64,000 bases of DNA from Callorhinchus milii (lineage: Eukaryota): NCBI RefSeq assembly GCF_018977255.1, contig NW_024704742.1:71426001-71490000 (forward strand). The letters run 5' to 3'. Every line of letters starts with the position of its first letter. Position 1 is the first letter of the stretch. Both the position numbers and the translations under genes were made by a program. Positions 1 to 10,586 of the stretch are shown here, piece by piece. The notes beneath the pieces are model-generated. The model was not told the origin of the DNA and did not search any database. It saw only the letters and a program-made list of their open reading frames with translations.

Positions 1-539
1 ACATGAAAAAACTTGAGATGTTTATTGGAATGGAATGTGCACTCTCTCCCTGGAGAGGTGACATTTGATACAGTGCCTTTCACATTCGGAGAGCATCTCA
101 AAGAACCTCATAGAATTTTACTATAAAGTGCAGTGATTGTGTATTTTGTAGACAAACATGGCAGCCAATTTGTGCACAGCAACGTCCCATAAACAGCCAT
201 GAGGTGAATGACTGATTTTATTTGAGGGATTGTTGGCCAGGACACTGGGAGAGAGAAACTCCTGTCTCTTTTCGAGCAGTACCATGGGATCTTTAATGTC
301 CCCTGAACAGGCAGACAGACCTCGGTTTAATGTCACATCAGAAGGAACTATCCAGAATATTGGTGAGAGTCAATCTTGATCAGACTCTTCATGTGTCAGC
401 CTGGCTTAGTCGGAAGCGCTCTTGCCTCAGAGTCAGAAAGTTGTGGGTTCAAGCGCCATGTTTGAACTCTGAACTGTGAGCTCACAGTCTAGGTTGAATG
501 CATCGTCAGATGTGCTATCCTTCGGATGATACATTCAAC

Positions 540-1420
540 TTAACAACAACAAAATTACATTGTAGAGCGCCTTTCACATTGGGAAGGAAGCCATCGCAAG
601 GCGCTGGACAATCAGTGTTGCGGGCCCGAGCAGGGGGTTGGGATTGGGGAGGGTGGAAAGGAAGGTGACCAAAGGTACGGTTGAAGAGGAGGTTCTTGAC
701 ATGGGTCTTGAAGAAGACAAGGGAGGGGGCGAGGTGGAGGGACTGTGGGGTGGAGCTCCAGGGGGTGGCAGCAAAGTGACTGAAGGCCCACCCGCCAATG
801 GTGAAGCAGACTGGAGCCCACTGAGCAGGGGGAGCAGGCAGGTTGGTAGGGGTCAGGTGGTCGCAGAGATAGGGGGGAGCACGACCATGGAGGGCTTTGA
901 AAGTGAGGACCAGGATCGTGATGACTGACTTTCCTTTCTCCATAGATGCTGCCTGACCTGCTGAGTGTTCCCAGCGACTTCTGTTTTTGTACAGAGATAA
1001 CTTTGGGTGTCATTCGCATACATGTGGAAGTTGACCCCTTGTCTCCGGATGATGTCACCAAGAGGAAGCATAAATATATATAGAAAAGGAGGGGACCATG
1101 GACAGTCTCGGTGAGGGGGCTAGATGAGAAGCTATTTATGGAGATGTAGTGGAGATGTGTGTGAGGTAGGAATTGAAGGACAGAACAATGAAGGTTAAAG
1201 TGAGAGGAGAGGACGTAGAGGAGTGGTCAATGGTATCGAAGTCAGCAGAGAGGTCAAGGAGGACGAGAAGGCAGAGGGAGCCCTGGTCGCAGATGGACAA
1301 AATGTAATTTGTCACTTTGACTAGGGCTGTTTCTGTGCTGTGGGCGGCACAGAAATCCAATTAGAGGGGTTTGTGAAGGGAGTGGCGGGAAAGGAAGGAG
1401 CAAAACTGGAAAGAAACAAC
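540..1420 (-). mobile_element. L2-clade LINE fragment
   Basis: HSTETALVKVTN, LLDLSADFDTIDH, HMYANDTQ and ILVLTFKALHGRAPPYL, followed by a (TTG)n tail. Confidence 0.88.
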
Positions 1421-1823
1421 TTCAAATTTAAGTCCCATCTGTGCCTGTTCATCAATGATCCTGTAGTGCTATTCAAAAAAGGAAGAGATTTTCCCTGTCC
1501 CAGTGTCCTGGCTAACAATCCCCTGATAAAATTAATCATTCACTTCATGGATGTTTGTGTGTTATACCTATATGTAAATTTGCTGCTACACTAACTACAC
1601 AACAAAAACATTACATTTTATAGCGCTTTCACATTGGGAGGACATCCCAAGGCGCTGTTAATAGTAAATCCTGTGAAGCGCTTTGAAACAATTTGATGCT
1701 GTGATTAGGTGTGACATCAAATAGCAGTTCTCAGCCTCTGAGATCAATAATAATAATCCTTTATCTTGCATGGTATCAAGCTTCTCGGGTTGGGAGTGGG
1801 GGGGTAAGTCAGGTCTCCTCGGA

Positions 1824-2302
1824 GAGAATCTGGCTCCGATTCATGAGCCAGGCAGGTCCGCAGTATTCCAGGGCACTGCTGATGACAGTACAGCCCAGCC
1901 TGGCTCATCGGCAGGACTTGGAAGGGCAGACCAGTCACTGGGACCAGGGAGTCTTCCCACCCAGCTCATTATCCAAAGCCCTCACAGGTGAGGTGGTCCT
2001 AGCTGGACAAGCAGGAGGAAAGCTTGCCAGACAGTGCTCTCAATCGTAAGCCAGGCAGTTTCAGCTGATTAGACTCCAGTAGTTAACCCATGCACACTCT
2101 GGGGTCCCCGAGCCTTGCCAAGCTGTTCCTAATACTCTGCGGAATTAGGTAAGCAGGATATGTCCCTCCAGAAAGAGAGTGTGCATTCTGTTCTAGACAA
2201 GGAAATTTCCATGTGTAGGTGTATGAGGATTCTCAGCATGGCTTGGAGATTTTTAAGCACAGTGATGGGTTTCCGATTATGTCAGACACCCGGCTGACCA
2301 AA
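1824..2302 (+). mobile_element. Unidentified ~480-bp interspersed repeat (at least 12 copies in the window)
   Basis: Recurring blocks gggcactgctgatg, caatggcaagctatgcgg, gactccagcagttacccc and gatgggtttcc..tcagacacccggctgacc followed by As. Confidence 0.8.
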
Positions 2303-2349
2303 GGAAACAGAGATAATAAAGGGAAAAAAAATCAATTGTGCCTCCTAAT

Positions 2350-2800
2350 GGCCAAGTTGAGAGTTCCACATGTGTTTGCTACCCACACAAAGAAATCGCT
2401 GTCTGGAATGGATTGCGCACTCTCTCTCTCCCCAGAATGAGCCATCTTGCTAATGCAATTCCAGAAAGTATTAGGTGCAGGTTGGCAAAATCCAAGGCTT
2501 GGGGACCCCAGAGTGTGTGTTGGGGTAACTGCGGAGTCTAACCAGCTAAAACCGCATAGCTTGCCATTGATATCACTGTCTGGCCAGCTTTCCTGCTGTT
2601 TGTCCAGTCAGGACCATCCTACCCGTTACGGCTTTGGCTTGCAGGGTTAACAGGAGCTGAGTAGGAGGATTCCCTGCCTCAGTGACTGGTCTGCCCTTCC
2701 AAGTCCTGCCATTGAGCCAGACAGGGCTGTGCTGCCATCAGCAGTGCCTTGGAATACTGTGGACCCGCCTGGCTCAGGAATTGGACTAGAGACCATCACA
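2350..2800 (-). mobile_element. Inverted copy of the same unidentified repeat
   Basis: Reverse complement of most of 1824-2250. Confidence 0.8.
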
Positions 2801-2859
2801 GAGGTCTGGCTCGATTCTGACATTCAGTTGCCAAACATGTCACTTTAGAATGGAAAATT

Positions 2860-3022
2860 GAAGTCGCTGGGAACATTCAGGTCAGGCAGCATCTATGGAG
2901 AGAGGAAGCCCGAACGTTGACTCACTTTCCTTTCTCCATAGATGCTGCCTGACCTTCTGAGTGTTCCCAGCGACTTCTGTTTTTGTTTCAGATTGCCAGC
3001 ATCTGCAGTATTTCGCATTTTA
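2860..3022. repeat. Palindromic short element (Penelope-derived type; one arm also at 929-990)
   Basis: Arms gaagtcgctgggaaca..ggtcaggcagcatctatggaga and tctccatagatgctgcctgacc..tgttcccagcgacttc. Confidence 0.7.
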
Positions 3023-3454
3023 TTGCCACGTTAGAGCCAGTTCAGCTCTGAGGTGAGCCTGTTTACATTCCCCCTTCCCCACCCCAGGAGGATGATCACT
3101 CGTGCAGCCTGGCTCAGTCCACAGTTTATAGTATCATCAGTCAGGAGGACCTCACACATCACTAGCTGCTCGTGCAGCGACTCCTGCTGACACCAAAGGG
3201 AAATAGCAGCAAGAATTCATCAGACAAATCTCAACTATCAACAACTTTTATCATTATTATTATTATCCTCTTTCTCAGACTCTCTCTCCCTATCAGTCTC
3301 TCTCTCTCTCTCTCTCTCTTTCTACCTAACAGTCTCTCTCTCTCAGTCTCTCTCTCCCTCAGTCTCCCTCTCAGTCTCTCTCTCCCTCAGTCTCTCTCTC
3401 TCTCTCTCTCTCTCAGTCTCTCTCTCTGTCACTCTCTCTCTCAGTCTCTCTCAC

Positions 3455-4357
3455 TCTATCTTTGACTGCCTGTCCGGCATTAAGTCCTGGACGAGGGACA
3501 ACTTTCTCCAACTGAACGTCAGAAAGACCGAGGCCCTCCTGATTGGCTCGCAAAGCAGATCCGCACCTCGGGCGCTGGCAGCATCAGCCTCCACGGCTGC
3601 ACACTCAACCTCACTAAGCCAGTCAGGAACCTGGGTGTCTTGTTTGACCCTGAACTGTCCTTTCTCCCTCACATCCGCGCCATGACCAGCACTGCCTACC
3701 ACCACCTCCACAACATTGCCAGACTCCGCCACTGCCTCACCCCTCAGGCTGCCGAAACCCTCACCCACGCATTCGTCACCTCAAGGCTCGATTACGGAAA
3801 CTCCTTCCTCATCGGCCTTCCCAACTCTTCCCTTCACAAGCTGCAGATCATCCAAAACTCTGCAGCTTGTGTACTCTCACACACCAGGCTCCGTGACTCC
3901 ATCACTCCCACCCTCGCCCGACTCCACTGCTCCCCATCCCCCAGAGAGTCGAGTTCAAGATCCTCGTCCTCACTTTCAAGGCCATCCATGGCCTTGCCCC
4001 CTCCTACCTCTCTGACCTGCTGACTCCCTACCAACCTGCCCGCTCCCTCCTTTCATTGGGCTCCGGTCTGCTCCATGTCTCCCGCCCGACCCGCCCTATC
4101 ATCAGCAGCCGGGCTTTCAGCCTCTCTGCCCCCACACTCTGGAACTCCATCCCACGGTCCCTTGGCCTCGCTTCCTCCCATGCCTTCTTCAAGGCCAGTC
4201 TCAAGACCCTTCTCTTCTCTTTGGTCTCCCTCTCACCTCTCTGCCTTCCCTCACCCCTACACCACCCTTCCCCCATGCTCGGGCTCCGACACCTGACTGT
4301 TCAGCGCTTTGGGACGTCCTCCCGACGGGAAAGGCACTCTATAAATGTAATTCTGTT
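3455..4357 (+). mobile_element. L2-clade LINE 3' fragment
   Basis: FDPELSF, HNIARLR, HAFVTSRLDYGNS, LQIIQNSAA and an L2 tail. Confidence 0.9.
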
Positions 4358-4489
4358 GTTTCTCCCCTCTTGTTTGTATGTGTATGTCTCTCTCTTTGTG
4401 TCTGAGTGAGTGTATGTTTGTGAGTGTGTATGTCTCTTTCGGAGAATGTGGGTGTCTATTTCTGTGAGTCCATTTTTGTGTCTATTGTT

Positions 4490-5930
4490 TGAGGAGATTG
4501 ATATTTTATTCACTAGATATGTTGTCATGCCATTTCTGAATAGTATTATTAACAGTTCCAGTTGCACTGATGACTATAGGAACTATGTTGGTTTTATACT
4601 GTCACATATGTCCACTTTCAATTTGTAGATCAATTTATTTCCTGATCTTCTCCAGTTGCTTATTTCTTATGTTGTAATCATTTGGGATAGCCACATCGAT
4701 AATACTACATGTACAGTCTATTTGGTTCTTTATGATAATATCTGGTTAGTTACAGATTACTATTCTATCTGTATGTACTTGTGGATCCCAGATTATTGTG
4801 ATGTTATTTGTCAATTTTGCTAGGTGATGTTCATACCATTGGGTTTTACATCAATATCAGAGTGTTTACAACCTGTCCAGTGAATATATTTAGCAATGTT
4901 ATTATGTGGAATCAGAAACTCTGATTATGGTAGGGTTGACAATATATGGTCTACTACAACAACTACAACAACAAGATTACATTTGTACAGCTCCTTTCAC
5001 GTTGGGAGGATGTCCCAAAGCGCTGGACAGTGTACAGCAGTTTAGATCCTAGCTGGGGTCAGGGGGGGGGAGGGGAGGGGTAGGGGGGGTGCTGATGACA
5101 TGGTCGAAGAGGAGAGTCTTGAGGTGGGACTTGAAGGAGTCTAAGGAGGGGACGAGATGGAGTGATTGGGGGATGGAATTCCAGAGGTTGGGGGTAGAGT
5201 GACTGAAGGCTCTCTCAATGGTTGGGCGGGTGGGACGGGGGATGTGGAGGTCGCAGATGTAGGGTGGGGCGAGGCCATGGAGGGCTTTGTAGGTGAGGAC
5301 CAGGATCTAGAACTGGATCCTCTGAAGGATAGGGAACCAATGGAGTCGGGCGAGAATGAAGGAGATGTGGTCACGGAGTTTGGTACAGGAGAAGACACGG
5401 GCTGCAGAGTTCTGGATTATCTGCAGCCTGTGGAGGGAGGAGTTGGGAAGGCTGACAAGCAGGGGGTTTGCATAGTCGAACCTGGATGTGATGAAGGCAT
5501 GAACAAGAGTTTCAGCGGCCTGAGGGGTGAGGTAGTGGCGGAGTCGGGCGATGTTATGGAAGTGAGGGAAGGGAAAGCGGGTCATGGCTTGGATGTGGGG
5601 AAGAAGACAGTTGAGGGTCGAACAAGACACCGAGGTTCCTGACTGGCGGTGAGTTGTAGTGTGCAACCATGGAGGTTGACGCTTCCAGAGCCTGAGATGC
5701 TGAGGGGCTGGCGTGAACCAATCAGGAGGTCCTCAGTCTTGTTCACATCCAACCGTAAGAAATTTGCCCTCTTACTTCTGGTACTTGATGACATATTCGG
5801 TATTTTTGATCAATGTTTCGCGAGGTCTTATTTTCATAATAATGAGTAAGTAGTATTAGCTTGATCTTATGAGAGCTTATGTTTCAGCTTTCAGATAGTC
5901 AACCAGTTATAGCTTTGGTTCATATCAAGC
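4490..5930 (-). mobile_element. Degenerate R4/Dong-clade non-LTR retrotransposon 3' part (zinc knuckle plus restriction-like endonuclease), split by an L2 insertion
   Basis: Minus-strand translation gives SYNWL..LKAET..DQA (5930-5760), then DHILS, HNNIAKYIHW, WYEH, IIWDPQVHTDR, N*PDII, IIDVAIP (4950-4490), with stops and frameshifts. Confidence 0.75.
4951..5755 (-). mobile_element. L2-clade LINE 3' fragment inserted in the R4/Dong fossil
   Basis: HAFITSRFDYAN, LHWFPILQRIQF and a (TTG)n tail. Confidence 0.9.
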
Positions 5931-6837
5931 CGTGTTTCGCCCACAAAATAAACTCTGCTTTACAGTACATGCTATGAAGCTCTTTGAGATATCTCAACGA
6001 CATGATAAGATGCTATATCAAATGCAAAAATGATTATTATTTTTGCTATGTGTACATGTGTGAAGTTGCTGTTGTGCATGAGCCACATGTGAAATTCCAC
6101 AGTGCTGCAAGAGCAATTTACATTTGGCAGCAACAAACTGTTACAACAAAGTGCTGGGCTCGATCGTCAATCTTGTGAGCTCAGATCCCCAGAGGTCACA
6201 CTGTACTCGAGTCAGGCCACACCTTGAGCACTGCAGACAGTTCTGGTCACTGTGACATAAGGGGCTGCTCAGGCCCCAGGATTGCTGCCCGGTGTGGAGG
6301 GCGTTGTGTAAATGCAAGTTGTTGTTGTTGCAAAGCCAGTGCAGAGGAAAGCCCTGAGGCTGATCCCCAGTGTTAGTGGAATGAGCTGTGAGCAACGATT
6401 AGACAAGGCAGAGCTCTTTATTGTTGAGAGAAAACAACTCAGAAAGGACCTAATAGAAGTGTTTAATATTTGAAATGAGAATGAAAAAGTAAATCAACAT
6501 CAACACTTTCAGAGGACACCGGTTTAGAGATATAAAGGGGGCAATTTCAGGACAGACACCAGGAAGTGTTTGTTTACCCAGAAGGTAATTAATGACGGGA
6601 ACAGGGTTACCAGGAAGGGGGTTTGAGGCCAGGACACTGGAACTTTTATAACTTCAGGGCACTGCTGATGACAGTCCAGTTAGCCAGGCTTATAGGCTGG
6701 GCTTGGAAGGGCTGATCAGTCACTGGGGCAGGGAATCCTCCCACTCAGCTCCTGTTAACCATGTAAACCAAAGCCCTAACGGGTTGGGTGGTTCTAGCTG
6801 GACAAGCATCCCTCAATGGCAAGCTATGCGGTTTTAC

Positions 6838-7835
6838 AACAACAACAAAATTGCATTTTGTTTTATTTTATTTGTTGTATTTTACGTCGCGGATTTGTCC
6901 CAAGGCGCTGGACAGTCTGTGTTTCGAACCCGACTGGAGGTCAGGACTGGGGAGCGTGGAGGGCCGGGGGGAAGGAAGGTGATCAAAGTCACGGTTGAAG
7001 AGGAGGGTCTTGAGATGGTTCTTGAAGGAGGTAAGGGAGGGGGCGAGGCGTAGGGATGGAGTTCCAGAGGGTGGGGGCAAAGTGGCTGAACGCCCGCCCG
7101 CCAATAGTGGAGCAGGTGAGGCGGGGGTTGTGAAGCAGGCCAGAGCCCGCTGAGTGGAGGGAGCGGGCAGATTGGTAGGGGATTAGGAGGTCGCACAGAT
7201 AGGGGGGAGCAAGACCATGGAGGGCTTTGAACGTGAGCACCAGCATCTTTATCTTTATCTTCCGTGTGATGGGAAGCCAGTGGAGTTGGGCAAGGATGGG
7301 GGTGATAGGGTCACGGAGCCTGGTGTGGGAGAGGACATGGGCTGCAGAGTTCTGGATGATCTGCACCCTAAGGAGGGAGGAATTGGGGAGGCCGACAAGC
7401 AGGGAGTTTGCATAGACACACGTGGATACCCCACCATTGGCGGGCGAGCATTTAGCCACTCTGGCCCCACCTCTGGACTCCATCCCGCAGTCCCTCTGCC
7501 TTGCCCCCTGCCTTGCCTGCTGGACAGTCAGTGTGTATTTGAGGGTTTCGGTAGCCTGCAGTGTGAGACAGTGGCGGAGCCGGGCGATGTTACGGAACTG
7601 GGGGATGGCAAAGTGGGTGTTGACACGGATGTGAGATAGAAAGGATAGTTGAGGGTCAAACAAGACCCCAAGGTTCCTGACTGGCTCAGTAAGATGGAGT
7701 GTGCAACCATAGAGGGTGATGCTGTCAGTGTCTGAGGTGTGGAGGCGCTGACGGGAGCCAAACAGGAGAGCCTCGGTCTTGTTGACGTTCAACTGAAGAA
7801 AGTTACCTCTCATCCAGGACTTGATGTCTGACAGA
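6838..7835 (-). mobile_element. L2-clade LINE 3' fragment with a small internal inverted piece
   Basis: ORF 6989-7813 reads QLNVNKTE, VRNLGVLFD, LHWLP. About 7430-7520 is L2 sequence in the opposite orientation. Confidence 0.88.
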
Positions 7836-9692
7836 CATTTTCGCAGTTGAGACTCCAGCAGTTACCCCAACGCACACTCTGGAGTCCCCAAGCCTTGACT
7901 CTTGCCAACCTGTGCCTAATACTCTCCGGAATTAGTGATTTGGGGAGTGAGTTTCAGAGGGCAGGGTTCAGTGGCTGAAGGATGGGTCCCTGATGGTGAG
8001 TGGCGGGATTGAGGAACAAGGAGAATGGAGGGAACCGGCCACAGAGTGGGGCAGGAGAAGGGATGTGAAGGATCTTGTTGTCAATCTGCCAGTTGTGCGC
8101 AACTGACTGCCTGTTTCATCCACAAAATAGTAACCCTTTCATTTGATATAGTGCTTTTCATTGTCTTCGAGACATCGCAAAGTACACAGTCAATCCACTT
8201 TACAGTTTATCCTAACAACGTGATCAGGCGCAATATCAAATGTAAGGATTATTATGACAGGATTGGGGTTAGAACCAAGTGGTTTACATGGAAACAAACA
8301 CCGGCGCGGCCTGGGCAGGGCACAATCTGTTTCAGTTCCAGAACATTCTCAGATTTCAAGCTCAGGATATGAGAAGTTCTCCCACCCACCCACACTGTCC
8401 TGTGACTCTGTCAGCAGCTCGGTGCAGTGTGAGGCTGTATAAGGAAGAGGTCACTGACCCCCCCAACATCCCCCCGCCCAGTCAGCCAGCGAGGATCTGT
8501 CTGGGACCTTGGTTTAACGTCTCGTCCAAAGGACGGCACCTCTGACAACGCAGGTTCCCCAAGCACTGTACTTGAGCTCACAGTCTAGGCTGACGTTCCA
8601 AGACCTGATGTGCGGCTCGAACCCACAGGCTTTTGACTCAGAGGCGCGAGTGACTGGGCCTGTGAGTGCAGCTCCGAAAACGTCAGCCTGGTTCACGCTG
8701 AAGAAAGGAGAAGTGCAGCGAGGATATGGTTCTGCAAATCAGGCAGTGAAGATCAGCTGCTCAACTTTAACTTCGACTTTGTTTATCTATGGAGCCTTTC
8801 AGGGTGATTAGCCACTGTAAACGTGCAAGTTCCTTTCTTTTTTGGCTTCTGGTTACCTCTGCAGGAAGGGTCATTACTGCAGCCTATTGTAACGGTCTTT
8901 AGTCCAGTTCCTGAGTCAGCATTGTCAAGAGTTGCTGTTGTTTGGACACCGAGGTCCTGTCTGTGCCCTGTTGAGGTGGACATTAAAAACTCTATCACAC
9001 TATTCAAAAAGAGATGGCAAGAAGTTTCTCGTGTCACCTGACTGTTTGAAGGACATCGCTGTGCATAAATTGTTGAGTTTGCCTGCAAGTACAATCACTG
9101 CACTTGAGAGTCATAATAATAAATAATAATAATCCTTGCATTTGACATAGCACCTTGTCACATCGTTGAGACGTCTCAAAGCGCTTCACAGAATATACTG
9201 TTAAAGTGTAGTGACTATTTTGTGGGTGAAATGCGGCAGCCAAATGCTCACAGCGGTGTCCCACGAACAGTCATGACCACATTATTATTATTACTGTGAA
9301 GCTCTTTGGGGTGTTTTAATAGAATCCTACAGCACAGAAGGAGGCCATTCGGCTCTTCAGAAGAGCCGCACAACCAGTCCCGCACCCCGGCTCTTTCCCC
9401 CTATCCTCGCGCATTTGTCCTCTTCCAAGTACCGATTTAATTCCCTTTCGAAAGCCGTCGTGGGATCGGTTGCCACCGCGGTCAAGAGGCAGCGCGTTCC
9501 GGAGCGGAACAACTATTCTGCGTGAAAACATTTCCCTTCGGGTTCGTATGTTGAAGCGGTGTCCCCGGGTTTACTGACCCCACCCACCACACAGCGGGAA
9601 CAGTATCTCCCCATCCACACTCCTATCATCCGGTACATTGCTATATGCAAATTGCAAGTATTATTATTATTGTTGTTGTTGTTGTTGTCTCT

Positions 9693-10468
9693 GCCCCCCC
9701 CCCCCCCCTGGGGTGACAGTGCAGTGGGGGCAGCGGCTCAGAGCCTCCCCCTCTCCCCCCCCCTCTCCCCTCCAGCCCCCCCTCTCCCTCCAGCCCCCCC
9801 CCTCTCCCCGGTCCCCCCCCCTCTCCCCAGTCCCCCCCCTCTCCCCGGTCCCCCCCCCTCTCCCCCCCCCTCCCCCCCCCTCTCCCCCAGTCCCCCCCCT
9901 CTCCCCCCCCTCTCCCCAGTCCCCCCCCCTCTCCCCGCCTCTCCCCAGCCCCCCCCCCCTCTCCCCCCCCCTCTCCCCAGCCCCCCCTCTCCCCCCCTCT
10001 CCCCCAGCCCCCCCCCCTCTCCCCCCCCCTCTCCCCAGCCCCCCCCCCCTCTCCCCCCCCCTCTCCCCAGTCCCCCCCCTCTCCCCCGCCTCTCCCCAGC
10101 CCCCCCCCTCTCCCCCCCCTCTCCCCCAGCCCCCCCCCCTCTCCCCCCCTCTCCCCCAGCCCCCCCCCCTCTCCCCCCCCCTCTCCCCAGCCCCCCCCCT
10201 CTCCCCCCCCCTCTCCCCCCCCTCCCCCGCCGCCCCCCCCCTCTCCCCCCCCCCTCTCCCAGCCCCCCCCCCTCTCCCCCCCCCTCTCCCCCCCCCTCTC
10301 CCCAGCCCCCCCCCCCTCTCCCCCCCCCCTCTCCCCCAGTCCCCCCCCTCTCCCCCCCTCTCCCCAGCCCCAGCCCCCCCCTCTCCCCAGCCCCCCCCCT
10401 CTCCCCCCCCCTCTCCCAGCCCCCCCCCCCCTCTCCCCCCCTCTCCCCAGCCCTCTCCCCCCCCCTCC
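9693..10468. repeat. C-rich low-complexity tract (CnTCTCnAG)
   Basis: Direct inspection. It produces the spurious poly-Pro and poly-Gly ORFs. Confidence 0.97.
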
Positions 10469-10500
10469 CGGGGACCCGCCCCTGTGGGGCTGCGGCGCGG

Positions 10501-10524
10501 GGCACGTGACCAGTGTCACATGAC
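10501..10524 (+). promoter_or_regulatory. Tandem E-boxes GGCACGTGAC and GTCACATGAC (CLEAR/USF/MiT-TFE-like)
   Basis: Both motifs lie in a CpG-rich patch within 40 nt upstream of the NAGK ATG. Confidence 0.6.
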
Positions 10525-10539
10525 CCCCTCCCGACAGCG

Positions 10540-10574
10540 ATGGCGATGGCGGAGGGTTATGGAGGAGTTGAAGG
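10540..10574 (+). CDS. NAGK: NAGK coding exon 1 (MAMAEGYGGVEG)
   Basis: ATG at 10540 with a second in-frame ATG at 10546. YGGVEG matches the NAGK N-terminus. Phase-2 donor GG|gtcagc joins in frame to exon 2. Confidence 0.9.
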
Positions 10575-10586
10575 GTCAGCGTCACT

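Noticed and set aside
1870..1900. CTGATGA as a possible hammerhead core in the unidentified repeat
   Set aside because: Not conserved between copies (ctgatgg, ctgataa) and no matching GAAA or stems.
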